DNA of 64,000 nucleotides from Mobula hypostoma (lineage: Eukaryota), in contig NC_086106.1 in the NCBI RefSeq assembly GCF_963921235.1, positions 19,344,001-19,408,000 of the forward strand. Direction: 5' to 3'. Both the position numbers and the translations under genes were made by a program. Below the pieces are notes generated by a model, which did not search any database, had not been told where the DNA came from, and saw only the letters and a program-made list of their open reading frames with translations. The stretch's first letter is position 1. Every line of letters begins with the position of its first letter. Below are positions 61,521 to 64,000 of the stretch, piece after piece.

Positions 61521-63150
61521 AGGACTATAATGCTAGATGAGGATTGCTATTCCACGTTGACACTTACCACGGAACAACTTCACTGGATATGATTGTTAAG
61601 AATGGCTTCATCAAACAACGGCTGACTAAGTATCACGAGGAAGGTGTACCATACTCTGCAGCTATTCCTATGCTTTTATGCAGCATCAGGGCAACCCCAA
61701 AGAAGAACACAAAACTGAGTCCATATGAAGTGGTGACGGGGTGACCTGTATCACTACCGGGTGCTCTCGATCTGAGAGAAGCTGTTATGTCATGCTATAT
61801 CAGATAGTTTAGTTGATTATTGTGCAAAATTAACACAAGCTGTTCAGTCTGCTGCTCAACAGGTTTCTGTTTGTTGTAGTGGTGCATCGGAATGAGGACA
61901 CACCTTGATTCCTGGCGAGTGGGTCCTGGTGAAGGAAACACATAAGGAACCCCTGGGAGCTCGATGGGAAGGTCCTTACCAAGTATTGTTAATTACCAAC
62001 TCAGCAGTTAACGTAGAAGGTAAAAGTAAGTGGATGTATATTCCAACGACTGCAAATGAGTTGAATTGACTCCAGATTAATACAAATACTGTGGGAAGGC
62101 TTCAAGCACAAATATAATTGAAACACTCCAGTTCCATCAGCTGCATAAGGCTAGGGAAGATAATCTCCAACCCCGCCAAATGTGGGAGATTGAAGCACAA
62201 ATCTCCCAAAAACCTGTGTGTGTGGATGCTGCATGATCCGTTACCCGTTACAAATAAGTACCACGAAATAACAGACAGTACACCACATACAATTAAACAA
62301 TTTAGCTTTATTATTATTAAACTGACTACAGGGTTAGTAAAGAAAAAGCAGAAAAAGAAAAGAGTCTATTTTACTGAATCAGTCGAATGCGCACAAGTTG
62401 AAGCTCATAGTTTCCCCTTCGCCGATCCTCCTTCAATCTCCCCAGATTTCGTCAACTTATGGCCCTGCTCCGGGTCGAGTCCTACGACTTCTTCTCTCTG
62501 GCATCTTTGCCCTTCATCTCCCGCTGAAGAAAAGACCCAGCTCACATCGGTGTCAGGCACACAACACGAAAACACACTCCCTTCATTGGACATCTCACAT
62601 TCCAAAGCACCCGTTATCTCTAATCATAACCCAAACACTGCTTCTACAGAAAGACCATTATGAAACATTTCCCAGGGTGTTACATAATTATTGGACATTA
62701 TGATCACAATCTACATTTTTTGTGTTTATTTAAAAGTGATTACTCTGAATTATCTGATGTGAAACTGCCAGGGTACTTATAGAATGAAAAGTGGGAACTG
62801 TTGGAAACCATCATATTTTTAATAATACTTTTTATAAGATTTGTATTTCTTAACAAAGTTAAGTATTTTTTACATTATCTGGTGGGTCATCACCACTCAC
62901 TGGCAGAAAGCAGTAAAGCAGCTAAACTAATGGTTCAGAAACTTTCTCATTTTCTTTGGCTAAGTATCAGCACATTACCCACGTGATGCAATTGTTTTAA
63001 TTATGTAATCTACTAGCAAGCTTATTGTCTATCCAAGGAATTTTTTGTCTTGTTTATAAAATTGAGTGATCTTTTTTAAAGTGCCATCCTGACTTCTTTA
63101 TTCTTTTTTCTATACAACTCTTAGCATCGTTTCTCAGCTCCTTCTTTCAT
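61521..63150 (+). mobile_element. Retroviral-type element A, copy 2: integrase C-terminal remnant, PPT, partial 3' LTR from 62799
   Basis: Colinear with 42255-43550; SIRATPKKNTKLSPYEVVTG, WEGPYQVLLITNSAV; AAAAGTGGGAAC then TGTTGG. Confidence 0.85.
62119..62684 (-). mobile_element. Solo LTR (Gypsy-type) with 4-bp TAAT TSD
   Basis: TGAAACAC...GTGTTACA termini; TAAT at 62115-62118 and 62685-62688; empty site aaatataattattgg seen in copy 1 (~42845). Confidence 0.85.
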
Positions 63151-63159
63151 TAGCTTTGT

Positions 63160-63970
63160 ATTTATATCTTGGCAACACAGCAGTGGAAGCTGCAAGCAGT
63201 TTTAAACTCCTGGGAGTGCACATCACACACAGCCTCTCATGGTCCACAAAACTCTTCCTAAACGGTAGGGGTAGCTCACCAATGCTAATTTCTGACGAGG
63301 TTGAAGAGAGTTGGGATTTTGCAAATCCACACCCACATCATTGTACAGAAGCGCAGTAGAGAGCATTCTAATAAGGTGGATGCTTGGTGATGCAAAACAA
63401 ATTTCACAACATCTGCCAGTAACATTATACCTGATTATGATTCTGATTCTTTTAGTATGGAAACTGAACTGCAGAGGGTAGGAAGGCTCTACAATGGATA
63501 GGCCACACTGCTCAATACATCAGCCTACCAGCTGTCAAAGACATAGAAACAGAAAGGTTCTGAAAAAGGGCCAGTAACATCATGAAGAATCCCAGCCAGC
63601 ATGTGTGATGGACCATTTGTCCCACTCCCATCAGGGAGGAGGCTACACAGCATCCATGCCAGGACCACCAGACTCACGACCAGTACTTTCCCCAAGCAGT
63701 AAGTCTGATCGACACCCCCACCCACTAACTCCACCGCTGCTTTATTATTTCCTCTTCTCCTTATGTACAGCCTTGCAGCACTTTATGGTATACAATCAAT
63801 CTACCTCTGAATATAAGCTATTTTATGTATTTATATTTATTGTGTTTTTATTATTATTGTGTTCTTTATCTTACTGTGTTTTTTTTTGCTGCATCAGATC
63901 CAGAGCAACAATTATTGCATTCTCGTTTACACTTGTGTACAGGAAATCACATTAAACTATCCCGAATCTT
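63160..63970 (+). mobile_element. Rex1/L2-like fragment with nested insert, copy A', continuing to LINE 3' end
   Basis: Shares structure with 61170-61520; ends aaactatcccgaatcttgagac-type tail. Confidence 0.7.
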
Positions 63971-64000
63971 GAGACTTAGAGCCTTTGTGATTAGACATAC

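Overview
Vertebrate, repeat-dense genomic DNA from a cartilaginous fish (inferred from cluster-type IgH organisation and the repeat families). The first 13 kb hold two head-to-tail, minus-strand, unrearranged immunoglobulin heavy-chain L-V-D1-D2-J units (leader and FR1 look IgW-type) with complete 23/12-23/12-12/23 RSS architecture. They lie in a ~4 kb near-identical duplication (1-4005 vs 9103-13123) and are separated by a 200-N gap. No constant-region exon is visible anywhere in the window. Copy 1 V has a 1-bp frameshift, copy 2 V is intact, and their differences concentrate in CDR1, CDR2, the D2 core and the J 5' end. The remaining ~50 kb is nested retroelement debris: many CR1 LINEs, RTE, Rex1/L2-like and Tx1 LINEs, Penelope-like fragments carrying minimal hammerhead-ribozyme motifs, Gypsy pieces, a class-I (epsilon-like) endogenous retrovirus that can be rejoined in frame across two CR1 insertions, and two copies of an apparently env-less retroviral element. 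Repeat boundaries marked approximate were placed by eye; no database searches or alignments were run.
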